Shown here: in pieces, positions 14,958-27,635 of the stretch | How the letters are laid out: each line of letters begins with the position of its first letter | How positions within the stretch are numbered: position 1 is the stretch's first letter | Origin: Octopus vulgaris | Taxonomy: Eukaryota | Length of the DNA stretch: 64,000 nucleotides | Direction: 5' to 3' | Assembly (NCBI GenBank): GCA_951406725.2 | Contig: OX597820.1 | Coordinates: 17,050,001 to 17,114,000 of the forward strand | The notes under the pieces: model-generated | Told to the model about the DNA's origin: nothing | The model's database searches: none | What the model saw: the letters and a program-made list of their open reading frames with translations, nothing else | Program-made: the position numbers and the translations under genes

Positions 14958-15367
14958 TAGGCGTAGGAGTGGCTGTGTGGTAAGTAGCTTGCTTACCAAC
15001 CACATGGCTCCGGGTTCAGTCCCACTGCGTGGCACCTTGGGCAAGTGTCTTCTACTATGGCGTCGGGCCGACCAAAGCCTTGTGAGTGGATTTAGTAGAC
15101 GGAAACTGAAAGAAGCCCGTCGTATATATGTATATATATATATATGTATGTGTATATGTTTGTGTGTCTGTGTTTGTCCCCCCAACATTGTTTGACAACC
15201 GATGCTGGTGTGTTTATGTCCCCTAACTTAGCGGTTCGGCAAAAGAGACTGATAGAATAAATACTAGGCTTACAAAGAATAAGTCCTGGGGTCGATTTGC
15301 TCGACTAAAGGCGGTGCTCCAGCATGGCCGCAGTCAAATGACTGAAACGAGTAAAAGAGTAAAAGAG
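14957..15367 (+). mobile_element. SINE family B, full length
   Basis: Head ATAGGCGTAGGAGTGGCTGTGTGGTAAG through tail GTAAAAGAGTAAAAGAG. Confidence 0.9.
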
Positions 15368-15386
15368 TATATACACACACACACAC

Positions 15387-15472
<86 letters not shown>

Positions 15473-15473
<1 letters not shown>

Positions 15474-15620
15474 GGAGTAAACACATAAATGTGAAACAAG
15501 GTGGAAAAAGAGTACTCAAATACCAGTGGTAGAGTAATACTTTATTTTAACAGCAGAAAATTCAACAAAATCTGTTACTCTGACGTTCATCAGACAGTTT
15601 TTGCTACTGTCTGATGAACG
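15473..15620 (-). mobile_element. HHR-family element truncated by fold-back at the ribozyme core
   Basis: Homologous to 727-868; hairpin CGTTCATCAGACAGT-ttttgct-ACTGTCTGATGAACG at 15584-15620. Confidence 0.65.
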
Positions 15621-16091
15621 GCACACACACTTAAAATAAAGTATATATATATATATATATATATGTAACTCCTTTTTAGGAAAATTCTCTCCTGATGAAA
15701 CACCCAATTAACAAGTTTCAGCTTGAAAATTAAAATTAAATTAATTTAATTTCTCTAATTGAAATAAATGGATATGGAAACGGTTTTAGGGCAGGATTTT
15801 CATTATATGGAGTTGAATATCTTTGAATAAACCGATGTTTGCATGTCAATTTCTCCATTTTTTCCCTTTTCTCATTCATGAATATTTCAAATAGCTATAC
15901 ATATATATATCAATGCAAAACTAAGATATTTGGTTTTCACTCAACACTGGTATGAACCAGAGAACTAGGATGCTGGCCTCTCTTAAGGGATTATAGGTCT
16001 TTGATCCAATTATATATATGTATATATATATATATGTATATATATTACAAGGTAAACTTGCAAAGTACTGCACGAGTGAAAATATATAGGA

Positions 16092-16214
16092 AAGAGGGTT
16101 TGAAAATGCAGAGGTCTTTTAAAGATGTTTATTGACTTGACCGGTTTCACTTTTTTAAAAGTGAAACTGGTCAAGCCAATAAACATCTTTAAAAGACCTC
16201 TGCATTTTCAAACC

Positions 16215-16219
<5 letters not shown>
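16092..16219. repeat. ~128-bp near-perfect palindrome centred on an HHR stem II-like hairpin
   Basis: Arms AAGAGGGTTTG...GACCGGTTTCAC / GTGAAACTGGTC...CAAACCCTCTT. Confidence 0.85.
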
Positions 16220-16280
<61 letters not shown>

Positions 16281-16717
16281 ATGCAAAATGGGACAAGAAC
16301 GCAAAACATCCGGAGAGTTAGGTGATACAAAAAAGAGGACAACAAAACATTCAGATAAACGATACAAAGAAAACAAGGACTTGTCATTCGGAGTTTTCTT
16401 TCCTCAGTCGAGTTCCAGATTATCTTTGCAATTTCGCTTGGTAATACTCGAGATTGCTCCAATCTGGTCAGCCCCAAGGAAAAACTAAGCTAAGAGCATT
16501 AAATTCTTTGGAAGAAAGCAGCGAATGTATACGAAAACAAGGACGGAAAAATACGGAGAATGTTACAAAAATACAAATAACTGGACATAACAACAGGTAT
16601 CTTTCGACTAAGGACGAATTTAAGCTGGCAGGGATACAAGATTTCACAGGCACAGGGAGGAAGTACATTTTTTGCATCACCTGTTTGGATGTTTTGCGTT
16701 CTTGACCCATTTTGTAT
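16281..16717. mobile_element. Element with ~31-47 bp terminal inverted segments
   Basis: ATGCAAAATGGGACAAGAACGCAAAACATCC (16281-16311) inverted at 16687-16717. Confidence 0.6.
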
Positions 16718-17195
16718 TTTGAATAACCGTGTTGAGTCGTTCAATAGAGGTCCACGTTGGTTCCGTTCAAGCAATTCGTAATGGATAATTCCTTTCCAGT
16801 CCCACCATACGCACAACAAGCGCGCTGTGGCTTGTTTAACTTTGAAGTTAACATTTTCATTTTTGAACTTGGCATACCAATCATGAGCGGTTCTTTCAGC
16901 TATGACACCTTCTCCACACACAGCACAAATGTCGCGAGCAGCTTCTGTGCCCTTACAACCTTGATTAAAAGCAAAAAGAAGGAGGTGTCGAAAATGCTCG
17001 TTTCTCTTAACTTGACATTCTATTTTAATGATCTGAAAATAAACAAAAATTAACTAAAATGAACTACGAAAAAATAAAACAAAACAAAAAACAAAATAGA
17101 TTCCAAAATGATTCAAAGATAGAAGTCTCAGAAAAAACCCCCAAAAGATTCCCAAATTTAAAAAAAACAGCGGGAACTTAGTTGCCAACCCAATA
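16718..17195 (-). mobile_element. Internally deleted mariner transposon (mellifera-subfamily-like)
   Basis: TIR TATTGGGTTGGCAACTAAGT; ECQVKRNEHFRHLLLFAFNQG...ICAVCGEGVIAERTAHDWYAKFK fused to LLCVWWDWKGIIHYELLE. Confidence 0.85.
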
Positions 17196-17288
17196 CATAC
17201 CATACACCCGTTTATATACATACATATATATATATATATACATATATATATACATATACATATATATATATATATACATATATATATA

Positions 17289-17338
<50 letters not shown>

Positions 17339-17464
17339 AGAAAACCCCACTAGAATGGGAGAAAGCGCCAATGATCTAAGTGATATGATATATATGTAAA
17401 AAATGTAATATATAAATAAATATCTGTAAATATAAACCATCCGATCTACTGATTACCTCATTTC

Positions 17465-17524
<60 letters not shown>

Positions 17525-17543
17525 CATACATACATACATACAT

Positions 17544-17594
<51 letters not shown>

Positions 17595-17624
17595 TGTATA
17601 TATATATATATGTAATAGATTATT

Positions 17625-17830
17625 CATGCAGCGAACTGGCAGGAGCATTAGCTAGACGGATAAAATGTTTAACGGCATATCGTTCATCTTTACGTTCTGG
17701 GTTCAAATTCCACCAATGACGACTTTGCCGCGTTCATCCCTTCGGAGTCGAGAAAATAAGTACCAGCTTCGCACTGGGGGGGTCGACGTAATCCACTTGC
17801 TCCCCCCACCTTCCCCCAAATTTCAGAGTT
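17625..17830 (+). mobile_element. SINE family A, diverged
   Basis: Homology to 3672-3905. Confidence 0.7.
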
Positions 17831-17883
17831 ACTATTACTACTGTTGCTGATGCTGGAACTATTTCTACTACTGCTGCTGCTTG

Positions 17884-17947
<64 letters not shown>

Positions 17948-18725
17948 TACTACCAATAATAATGATAATGATAATAATAGCAACAACTGTAATAATACTG
18001 TTGCCATTCCTGATATTGTGGGATTTGCTTCGAGCAACCGTTCTTGAAATTTTACATTTGATATTTCGTATGCGCATTACTTCCATTTGATTTTGTTTTA
18101 TTAATATATGTCTTGCTTTATTTTTTAATTTAATCTTAATTTGATATTTCTCCACAACGTGATGCAGTGGAAGATACTCCATCAAAACACAGGGATGGAT
18201 TCCCGATAGATTTTTAGCTCTGTAAAACTTTAATCACATTGATTCCGTAATCTTCGAATCGAATACCGTTTGCTCTTGATTAGTCTTTGTATAGTTGAGT
18301 CCTGCTACTGTTCTTACTGAACTACCGGTCAATATGTCCCGTTGATTGATTATATGCAATCACATGGTGAGGATAAGATCTGCAACCCCCTCCACACACC
18401 CATACACAGCGCATAAACATACACATGCGTACAAAATCATAAACACGCACGGAAATGCATACACTGATCTTCATATACCGACGTATGAACATATATGCAT
18501 ATGTATATATGTCATTGTTCAATTTTATTCGTATGTATGTATGCATGTATGTATGTACATGTTTACATACACCCACCCACACATATCCATTCATCCAGCC
18601 AGCCATTCATCCATCAATACATACACAGTGATGGATTTCTCATTCCTAAGGTATTTTCGATGTTATCATTATTATTATTATTATTATTATTGTTATTACT
18701 ATTATTGTTGTTGTTGTTGTTGTTG

Positions 18726-18987
18726 TTCAGGTCACTGCTTGGAATCGAACTCGGAATCTTGGGGTTACTAGCCCGCGTTCTTAACCACTACGCAATATGC
18801 CCGTGGGCATATGGCATAGTGTTTTGAATAAAAAATTCCCCAAGACACCTGAAGAAGGCTGGAGGGTATATCAACCGAAACGTTGTGTTAACAACAAACA
18901 AGATGAGGACAAATATCCGTCGAATGAAAATAATGTAAATAATGTAAATAATGTACATAATTCCTCATCTCTTAAATATAGAACTGT
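18726..18987. mobile_element. (AAT)n-associated element: inverted tRNA-like head, hairpin and hammerhead tail
   Basis: Minus-strand A/B boxes at 18731-18802; hairpin 18786-18821; HHR 18845-18888; homologous to 42188-42362 and 42980-43135. Confidence 0.7.
18845..18888 (+). ncRNA. Minimal type I hammerhead motif
   Basis: ACAC|CTGAAGA|A|GGCTGG-agggtata-TCAACC|GAAAC GTT|GTGT; AACGTT palindrome in place of stem III. Confidence 0.7.
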
Positions 18988-19440
18988 ACTTTTGATTTTG
19001 TTCTAAAAGTCAGATCTGCTTCTAGTTAATAAATGCTATTATATCCCATAAACATTTATGCAGAGCGAACTCCGTGTTCCGTTTAATGTAGTGAACAGTT
19101 GTAAACGTTTCTTGGTGTAATAATACAGTTTAAAATAACTGACGAAAATGGCTTAGGTGACACTTACTTTCATTCCACTTGCAGATCCTAACATATGTCA
19201 TTCGCATTTCTGTGACTGGGCTGACAATGGGATCAATATCAGAACGAAAGCAATTATAAAGAAAAGAATACCTATACTAAGCTTATCAGACTTCTGCAGT
19301 GACTACTCCCGTATTTTACTTTTAAATTTATACCTGTAATTACTTGGATACTTGCTTGGATTTGGAATTAACTACATTAGCACAGATATCGGATCTAAAA
19401 TTCTTTCCAACTAAGAAAATGTGTTCATATAGCTACGATA

Positions 19441-19772
19441 ATAGGCGCAGGAGTGGCTGTGTGATAAGTAGCTTGCTTACCAATCACATGGTTCCGGGTT
19501 CAGTCCCACTACGTGGCACCTTGGGCAAGTGTCTTCTACTATAGCCTCGGGCCGACCAAAGCCTTGTGAGTGGATTTCGTAGACGGAAATTGAAAGAAGC
19601 CCGTCGTACATATATATTTATATATGTAACTTAGCAGTTCGGCAAAAGAGACCGGCAAGAATAAGTACTAGGCTTACAAAGAATAAGTCCTGAGGTCGAT
19701 TTGCTCGACTAAAGGCAGTGCCCCAGCATGGCCGCAGTCAAATGATTGAAACAAGTAAAAGAGTAAAGAGTA
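19441..19772 (+). mobile_element. SINE family B with internal deletion
   Basis: Homology to 14957-15367. Confidence 0.88.
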
Positions 19773-19854
19773 AACATTCCAGTTTTCTATACTGATATAG
19801 TTTTATATGCTGATGACGTAAACCACATTCTTTTTCTCTAGAAGTTAATAATGG

Positions 19855-20285
19855 TTTCAAATTTTGCCACAAAGGCAGCAACTTTTGGGGAGGGAATGAG
19901 TTGATTACATCAGCCCCACTATTCAACTTACTTTATTGATCCCGAAAGGATGAATGGTAAAGTCAACCTCGGCGGAATTTGAACTCAGAACGTAGCGATG
20001 GGCGATATACCGCTAAGCATTTCGTCCAGCGCGCTAACAATTCTGCCAGCTCGGCGCCTTCCTTTAGAAATTAATAATACTTTCTACTGGAGACACAAGG
20101 CCTCAAATCTAGTGGAAGGAGACTAGTCGATTACGTCGACCCCCAGTGTTTCACTGGTACTTAGTTTACCGACTCCGAAAGGATGAAATACAAAGTCGAC
20201 CTGGGAGAACTCAGAACATAGCGACGAGAAAAATATCGCTAAGCATTTAGTCCAGCGTGTTAATGATTCTTCTAGCTCACCGTCT
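19855..20285 (-). mobile_element. Two SINE family A copies
   Basis: Homology to family A. Confidence 0.8.
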
Positions 20286-20434
20286 TTCTCTAGAAAGAAT
20301 TAATAGCATATGTATGCTTGTACACTTTCCTGGTTTTATTTTACAAATTTCTGATAAAAACAGAGAGAGCTGGTTACCAGCCCAGTAACAAACTTCCTTC
20401 AACGTTTTTTTTTAAACAACATTGGTTAGCTATT

Positions 20435-20762
20435 TCGTATTTGGATTTGGTTTGCAAGATTCTTTATGTGAGTTCGTGTGTTGATGCATATTCTGTTGTG
20501 TCTGAGGAGAGACATTTCCTTTTTGTGCCTCACCGGTAAAATTTCCACTTATTTCTTAATTTTATTATCCTAAAATTTTTGTTGCGTCTTGCAACCTGTT
20601 CGATAGTCCAAAGTCAAGACTATTGAAAAGTTTGCAAGACGCAAGGAAATTCTAGGAAAATTTTATGAAAATAAAAATAAGAGATGTGGAAATTTTACAG
20701 GTGAGTGTGTTAAATTATAAGGCACAAAAAGAAAGTGACCATCCCCAAACACAACAGAATAT
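20435..20762. mobile_element. Fold-back HHR-like element (U3-A8 family)
   Basis: Arms ~20488-20608 and 20618-20762; degenerate TSD ATTGGTTAGCTATT / ATTAGTTAGATAAT; homologous to 32255-32450 and 49030-49324. Confidence 0.75.
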
Positions 20763-21261
20763 TAGTTAGATAATCAAATCTGTAAATCTGTCTACTTTTC
20801 CAGAACTTCATCTCTGTGGAAATTCCCTTCGTAACCATATGTTTCTTTTCATGCAGCGGGTAAAACATACAGCAGATGTTTAATCAGATCAATCCAAACG
20901 TGCCGACCACACAGATCTCGGAGTGACTGCGAAAATCATGGGAGCAGCTACTTCTTTCAGAATAAACCATGTAATAAATATACAAATAAATGGGTGGATG
21001 CAGTCCCCAAGCGGACAGTTCATGCAAGGGAGATAACCATTTCTTCATAATATTTGGCGGGATTACAAGTTTGAGATTGAAAAATCTATAAATAAGAAAG
21101 AAAATGCTTAGAAAATACACATTTAATTTTTCAATGTAGTTTTTTCTTTTCCTCTCTAATTACTGGAGCAAATAAATAAAATTATCGCGCATCAACAACC
21201 TACGTCTATTCATATAAGCTTTGTCCTCTCTTTCACTCTCTCACATTCTCGTTTTCTGTTA

Positions 21262-21575
21262 TACCCACCACCACCACCACACTACCACCAAATCACCACC
21301 ACCACTACCACCATCACCACCCCCGCCGCCACCACCAAAACCAATACAACCATAACCAACACCATTACGACCATCACCACCATTACCACCACCACCACCA
21401 CCACCATAACCATCATCACCACCATCATCACCACCATCATCACCATCACCACCATCATCACCATCACCACCATTACCACGACGATGACGACAACAACAAC
21501 CACCAACACCAACACCATCATCACCACCACAACTACCACCATCATCACCAATGCTACCGCTACCGACGCCGCCAC
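21262..21575. repeat. Degenerate (CAC/CAT)n triplet repeat
   Basis: Direct inspection. Confidence 0.9.
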
Positions 21576-21935
21576 CCTCATCCAACGTATCGTACATCGA
21601 AAAGAGAAATTAGGCGCCAAAAATGTTTGTCACGTCTCTTTTGATTGATCGACTGAATATCCGCTGGGGTATCTCAAAAACTATTGAAGCTTGAAAGTCC
21701 AACTTTTCATCAATGATTATTACGAAGCAAAACGATTTCATTATTATATTTCTTTGGGTCTGCTTACTTTTTTAATGGTAGCGTAGATAGATAAGGCAAA
21801 GAAAGGGTGGGTTAATTTATTTCACTATGAAATACACAGCTCAACTGTATTCAACATAAGTACTTTGGGGAATCACTACAATTTATACGAAGCACAATAA
21901 AAACGAAATAAGTTCATCCCTCACACACACACACA

Positions 21936-21979
<44 letters not shown>

Positions 21980-21985
<6 letters not shown>

Positions 21986-22226
21986 GAAAGAATGGAGTCG
22001 AACGAAGATTTTAACAAAATTCCTTTACTCTCAACACATGTTTCGAAGACTGCATACTCTTAATTCCGAAGGAACAAACGCTGCATTATGCCGTCTTCTC
22101 ATCAGGAAAAGACGGCATAATGCACCCTTTGTTCCTTCAGAATTAAGAGTATGCAGTCTTCGAAACATGTGTTGAGAGTAAAGGAATTTTGTTAAAATCT
22201 TCGTTCGACTCCATTCTTTCATTTAT
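21980..22226. repeat. 247-bp near-perfect palindrome with its loop at a hammerhead core
   Basis: Both strands translate to nearly the same peptide; centre CTCATCAGGAA at ~22098-22108. Confidence 0.92.
22028..22110 (-). ncRNA. Type I hammerhead motif inside the palindrome
   Basis: TTTTC|CTGATGA|GAAGAC...GTCTTC|GAAAC-atgt-GTT|GAGAG; stem I pairs partly by G-U. Confidence 0.65.
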
Positions 22227-22439
22227 TCATATAAAAAAAAACACACAAATTTCCACACAAGAACACGGGGTTTCTGCCCTTGGTATGTAGCTTCAACCGT
22301 GTTTTCTGACGTGAATTTGCTACCCAGGTATCGATTAACCGAATTATCCATACTAGGATAATTCATTCACCTACTTATATATATACATATATATATATAT
22401 ACAAAAGCTTTTTTTTATTCTCTCTGTTTCCTCGTGTTC

Positions 22440-22475
22440 CTTTCTGTTGAAGAGCGTAGGCTCGAAACATAAGAG
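22440..22475 (+). ncRNA. Hammerhead-like motif, CTGTTGA variant (degenerate)
   Basis: CTTT|CTGTTGA|A|GAGC-gtag-GCTC|GAAAC ATA|AGAG. Confidence 0.5.
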
Positions 22476-22494
22476 TCTTTCTCAGCATTCTCAC

Positions 22495-22815
22495 CTTCGG
22501 GGTCGATAAATTAAATACCAGTTACGCACTGGGGTCGATGTAATCGACTTAATCTCTTTTGTCTGACCTTGTTTGTCCCCTCTGTGTTTGGCTCCTTGTG
22601 GGTAATAAAGAAATAAGAAACGTTAGCACGCCGGACGAAATGCTTTGCGGTATTTCGTCTGTCTTTACGTTCTTATTTCAAATTCCGACGAGGTCGACTT
22701 TGCTGTTAATCCTTTTCGGGGTCGATGAATTAAGTATCAGTTGCGTACCGGGGTCGATCTAATCGACTGACCGCCTCCCCCAAAATTTCGGGCCTTGTGC
22801 CTAGAGTAGAAGAGA
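22495..22815 (+). mobile_element. SINE family A dimer
   Basis: Tail AAAGAAATA joined to AGAAACGTTAGC of the next unit. Confidence 0.8.
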
Positions 22816-22865
22816 ATTTAAGTATATATTTTGGAACAAGTATATGTAGGAACAAAGAATATATA

Positions 22866-23133
22866 TTGTTTGTTCCTTCTCGAGCCACACCTGGCTCATA
22901 AGGGTCGGTTTCCCGGTTTCCTTGGCGTATAGGTTCCCCACCTGGACGGCCCGTTGCAGGTGAGCTGCAGGATGCAGGAGGCAAGAGTGAGAGAAAGTTG
23001 TGGCGAAAACGTCAGCATTTACCTTCTGCCAGAGCCGCGTGGAGCTTAGGGGTTTCGCTCATAAACACACACACCGCCCGGTCTGAGATTCGAACCTGCG
23101 ATCCCTTGACCGCGAGTCCGCTACTCTAACCTC
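22866..23133 (-). mobile_element. tRNA-derived SINE family D
   Basis: Minus strand GGTTAGAGTAGCGGACTCGCGGTCAAGGGATCGCAGGTTCGAATCTC head; related fragments at ~4060-4200 and ~9240-9540. Confidence 0.7.
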
Positions 23134-23278
23134 CACAAATATATATATATATATAATATAAATTAGAGATAAAACCACTATTATGCAATTCAAACAATGA
23201 AATATATTTTTATAAAACATATAACTAAATCGCAAAAAGTAGAAAAATGAATAATCAATATATAATAAGTAAAAAAAA

Positions 23279-23377
23279 CACGTACGTTTCATGGCTATAA
23301 TTAAATTCGAATTACAAATAGATTTAAATTTAATTCAGATGAATTCAATTTAAAATTATAGTCAATCTTCAGATTAA
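23279..23377 (-). ncRNA. Decayed hammerhead remnant
   Basis: CTGAAGA-TTGACTATAATT...AATTATAGCCAT-GAAAC-gtac-GTG; stem I lost and triplet not NUH. Confidence 0.4.
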
Positions 23378-23681
23378 CAATTATAGTAAATAATTATAGT
23401 AAATAAAGTAAATAAAATATTGATTTTTCTTATAGAAGAAACTCCATTAACTAAATTTGAAATTTAAAACATTTGGATCAGTTTCCTACACTACATTTAG
23501 TATGTTAAATATTTAAGTTAAAAAAATAGAGTAAATAGCTAGAAAAATGTATTTATCTGTGAAGATATAATTTAGCTTAGAAAACATTAATAAACTATAG
23601 ACTATCTTTAAACTAGTTATATTCTAATATTTAATTACCAAACTATTTAACAAAACAATCACTATTGATATTTTTATAATT

Positions 23682-23716
<35 letters not shown>

Positions 23717-23731
23717 TTATTATATAGAAGG

Positions 23732-23782
23732 AGCTTCTACAGGACTAGTACTGTTTCATTCAAGAGAAATCTTCAGGAAACT
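23732..23782 (-). ncRNA. Type I hammerhead with a conventional stem III
   Basis: AGTTTC|CTGAAGA|tTTC-tctt-GAAt|GAAACAG-tactagtc-CTGTA|GAAGCT. Confidence 0.7.
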
Positions 23783-24359
23783 TACTTACTGTGGTTAACC
23801 CCGAATCAACCCGGGACCTACATATGTATATATATATATATATATATACATATATTCATGCGTATACATACATACATATAGATATAGATACTGATATGAT
23901 TATGGTAAGTATTTGGCTCTGTGTACCTTACATAGATATATGCAATTTATTAACATATAGTTGAAGAATGCTAGGGCTTGAACTCTGTACATCTATAATC
24001 TAAACTGAGACCTTTATGTGAATGATGGAAGGATTCGACATAAATAAGACATTAAATGACAGTATTAAGCATAGATCATATTTTAGCTTCATCCTAGACA
24101 TAGGATTAAGATCAGTCTGATGTCATAGAAAAATTATTGAAAGTAAGTACAGTGCAAAAGATGTCATAAAGATGAGGTGAAAAATCAAATAAGCAGTTTG
24201 TTTTAGGTTTATGCTGAGGAAATAGGGGAAAAAGAAGTAAAAGACTTTTGCGTGTTGAGTGTTCACCTTTCTTTGGAAAGAAAGAATAGACGAGGAAAGA
24301 AAAAAGGGGAGAACGAAAATGGAGGAAGGAACTCATTTGTATACAACCAATGCGCCTTC

Positions 24360-24436
<77 letters not shown>

Positions 24437-24596
24437 AGACTTATATATAAAGAACGTGAAATTCACGAATTGACAAACACGGAAAAAACGGACAGTAATT
24501 CAGAGCCTTCATTCTTCAGTCAGAAACCGATTCATCATGGCAAATTTCGGCTGTTTAATTCTGTTGAATTGCATAATAGTGGTTTTATCGCTAATT

Positions 24597-24740
<144 letters not shown>

Positions 24741-24788
24741 TGTATGTATGTATGTATGTATGTATGTATGTATGTATGTATGCATTGA

Positions 24789-25105
24789 GAAGGTGCATCG
24801 CTCAGTGATTAGTTAGAGTGTCGGGCTCACAATCATGAGGTAGGTGAGTTCGATTTCCGGACTGGGCAGTGTGTTGTGTTCTTGAGCAAGACACTTTATT
24901 TTATATTGCTTCAGTTCACTCAGCTGTAGATATGAGTTTTGACGTCACTGGTGCCAAGCTGAATTGGATATTGCCTTTCCCTTGGATAACATCGGTGGCG
25001 TGGAGAGGAGAAGCCGGTACCCATGGGTAACCGGCTGGCCTTCCACAAATCAACCTGAAAGAAACTTTCTCGATGCAATCCCATGGTCATTCATGGCCGA
25101 AATGG
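24789..25105 (+). mobile_element. SINE family C
   Basis: A-box-like TCGCTCAGTGATTAG, B-box GAGTTCGATTTCC; homologous to 4911-5213. Confidence 0.78.
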
Positions 25106-25319
25106 CTCCGATGGCTGGATAACTGAAGAGATGGGGGCGTGGATTTCCACCCCGGCATCCGAAACTCGGAGTTTTATCATGGCTACCGAATAATTGACAC
25201 ATATTACATTTACAGATAAATTCCTCTGTTTATATAATATCGATGTCTCTTTCATTCTTTTGTTGTCTTATGATTTTTATACATACATACATACATACAT
25301 ACATACATACACACACACA

Positions 25320-25373
<54 letters not shown>

Positions 25374-25378
<5 letters not shown>

Positions 25379-25972
25379 GGTGAGAATTTACAAAAAACAA
25401 AAGACGAAGACGGGTGTGTAAACAACAAACAGATGTATTAGTTTAACGCTCGGGAAGTGAGAAAGTCTTTTACATTTCGAGCCTACGCTCTTCAACAGAG
25501 AGGAACACAGAAATAAACATGGAGAGAAAATAGAAAAAGTTGTATTGGCTAGCCTTGCATCATGGGGAATGCCGGACAGAGGGATCACACAGGAGAGAGA
25601 AACGACAAAAGAAAAATAATAAAGTACAAACAAGTTTAGAAAAGTTCAAATGGTTCGAATGTCGTGGTGTATTGGAGTATTCATCAAAGGAAGAGTCCAG
25701 TGTAACCCATGGGTAGGTGAGGTGCAGCTGAAGTGTAGGAGAGTAGAAGGAAGTCTAGGTAGAGAATTCAGGTAGAAAAGTCCAAGAAAATTTGGAAGTG
25801 TTATGAGGTGGAGACAGGATAAAACTGGTGCGACTACGTGAGCTTGTAATATATGGTGAGAATTTACCAAAACAAAAAACAAACAAAAAAAAAACAACAA
25901 AAGAGACGAAGACGGGTGTGTAAACAACAAATAGATGTATTATTTTAACTCTCGATAAGTGAGAAAGTCTTA
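25374..25972 (-). mobile_element. CTGTNGA-family element with partial tandem duplication (pLTR-like)
   Basis: Direct repeat ATATGGTGAGAATTTAC...GAGAAAGTCTT at 25374 and 25851; HHR-like motif at 25467-25502. Confidence 0.7.
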
Positions 25973-26034
25973 TGCATGTATTTGTGTGCGTGCGTGTGTG
26001 CCGGTGTATGTATTTGCATATATATATATATATT

Positions 26035-26434
26035 ACTCTTTTACTCTTTTACTTGTTTCAGTCATTTGACTGCGGCCATGCTGGAGCACCGCCTTTAGTC
26101 GAGCAACTCGACCCCGGGACTTATTCTTTTTGTAAGCCCAGTACTTATTCTATCGGTCTCTTTTTGCCGAACCGCTAAGTGACGGGGACGTAAACACACC
26201 AGCATCGGTTGTCAAGCTAGGGGAACAAACACAGACACACAAACACACACACATACATATATATACATATATACGACAGGCTTCTTTCAGCTTCCGTCTA
26301 CCAAATCCACTCACAAGGCATTGGTCAGCCCGAGGCTATAGCAGAAGACACTTGCCCAAGATGCCACGCAGTGGGACTGAACTCGGAACCATGAGGTAGG
26401 TTAGCAAGCTACTTACCACACAGCCACTCCTGCG

Positions 26435-26440
<6 letters not shown>
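26035..26440 (-). mobile_element. SINE family B
   Basis: Reverse-complement homology to 14957-15367. Confidence 0.9.
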
Positions 26441-26498
<58 letters not shown>

Positions 26499-26515
26499 CA
26501 CATACACACATATTA

Positions 26516-26547
<32 letters not shown>

Positions 26548-26655
26548 TTCAACAATTGAGGGTAAAATTAATTAATTATTAATTAATTTCACCAAATGTT
26601 CAGTATGCAAAGGGACATTTAAGGCGAATTCAAATTATAATTTGATATTGTAATA

Positions 26656-26730
<75 letters not shown>

Positions 26731-27357
26731 TATGTGTCTTTGCGTCCGTGTTGGTTACACCATCCGTTTGAAAACTGGGGTAGTTTGTTTACCTCCCAGT
26801 AAATTAGCGGTACGGTCAATGAGGTTGATAGAATAAGTAACAGGTTAAAATATTAAACACTGAAATCAATGTGTTTGACTAAACCCTTCAGTGGTGTGTC
26901 CCAGCACGGCTTCAGTACAATAACTAAGTCAAATAACAGATATTTAAATACATACATATTTAAGATATATACATGCATACATGTAGTGCAAGTTATTTGA
27001 AAGCTACAAATCTGAACAATTTGACAACATTTTACGCCACATTTAGTACACTGCGCCATTTTACATAATTTACCTAAGGATTTCTTTTGAAATTATTAAT
27101 TACTAACTCATCACTTATAACGCAACATTTATTTATAAGCACGTATGTTTGTATTACACTTAGTGCCTACCCGTCGGGAGAAGAAAATTAATGTAAATTT
27201 GTTTTAAATTAAGCCTGTTGATGTTGATTGAAGTTCAACTTTCAATTGAGCGATAAATTCTAAAATGTATTGAAAATTAAATTTTATTTCATAAAACGAA
27301 ACAAAGACTTGATAAATTACACAATATAGTACTGGTTATATACAAGTTGTATACTAT

Positions 27358-27603
27358 TTTACTCCTTTACTTGTCTCGGTCATTTGACCGTGGCCATGCT
27401 GGAGCACCGCCTTTAGTCGAGCAAATCGACCCCAGGACTTATTCTTTGTAAGCCTAGTACTTATTTTATCAGTCACTTTTGCCAAACCGCTAAGTTACGG
27501 GGACGTAAACACACCAGCATCGGTTGTCAAGCGATGTTGGGGGGACAAACGGACTTACAAACATATACACACACACATAGACGGAAACTGAAAGAAGCCC
27601 GTC

Positions 27604-27635
<32 letters not shown>

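Noticed and set aside
18731-18802. Functional tRNA gene
   Set aside because: A/B boxes are present but there is no convincing acceptor stem, and it is part of a dispersed repeat; the same applies to the SINE heads
21259-21620. Gly-rich or Val/Met-rich protein
   Set aside because: Degenerate (CAC/CAT)n repeat that is open in several frames
21984-22222. Pair of convergent near-identical 63-aa genes
   Set aside because: A by-product of the DNA palindrome
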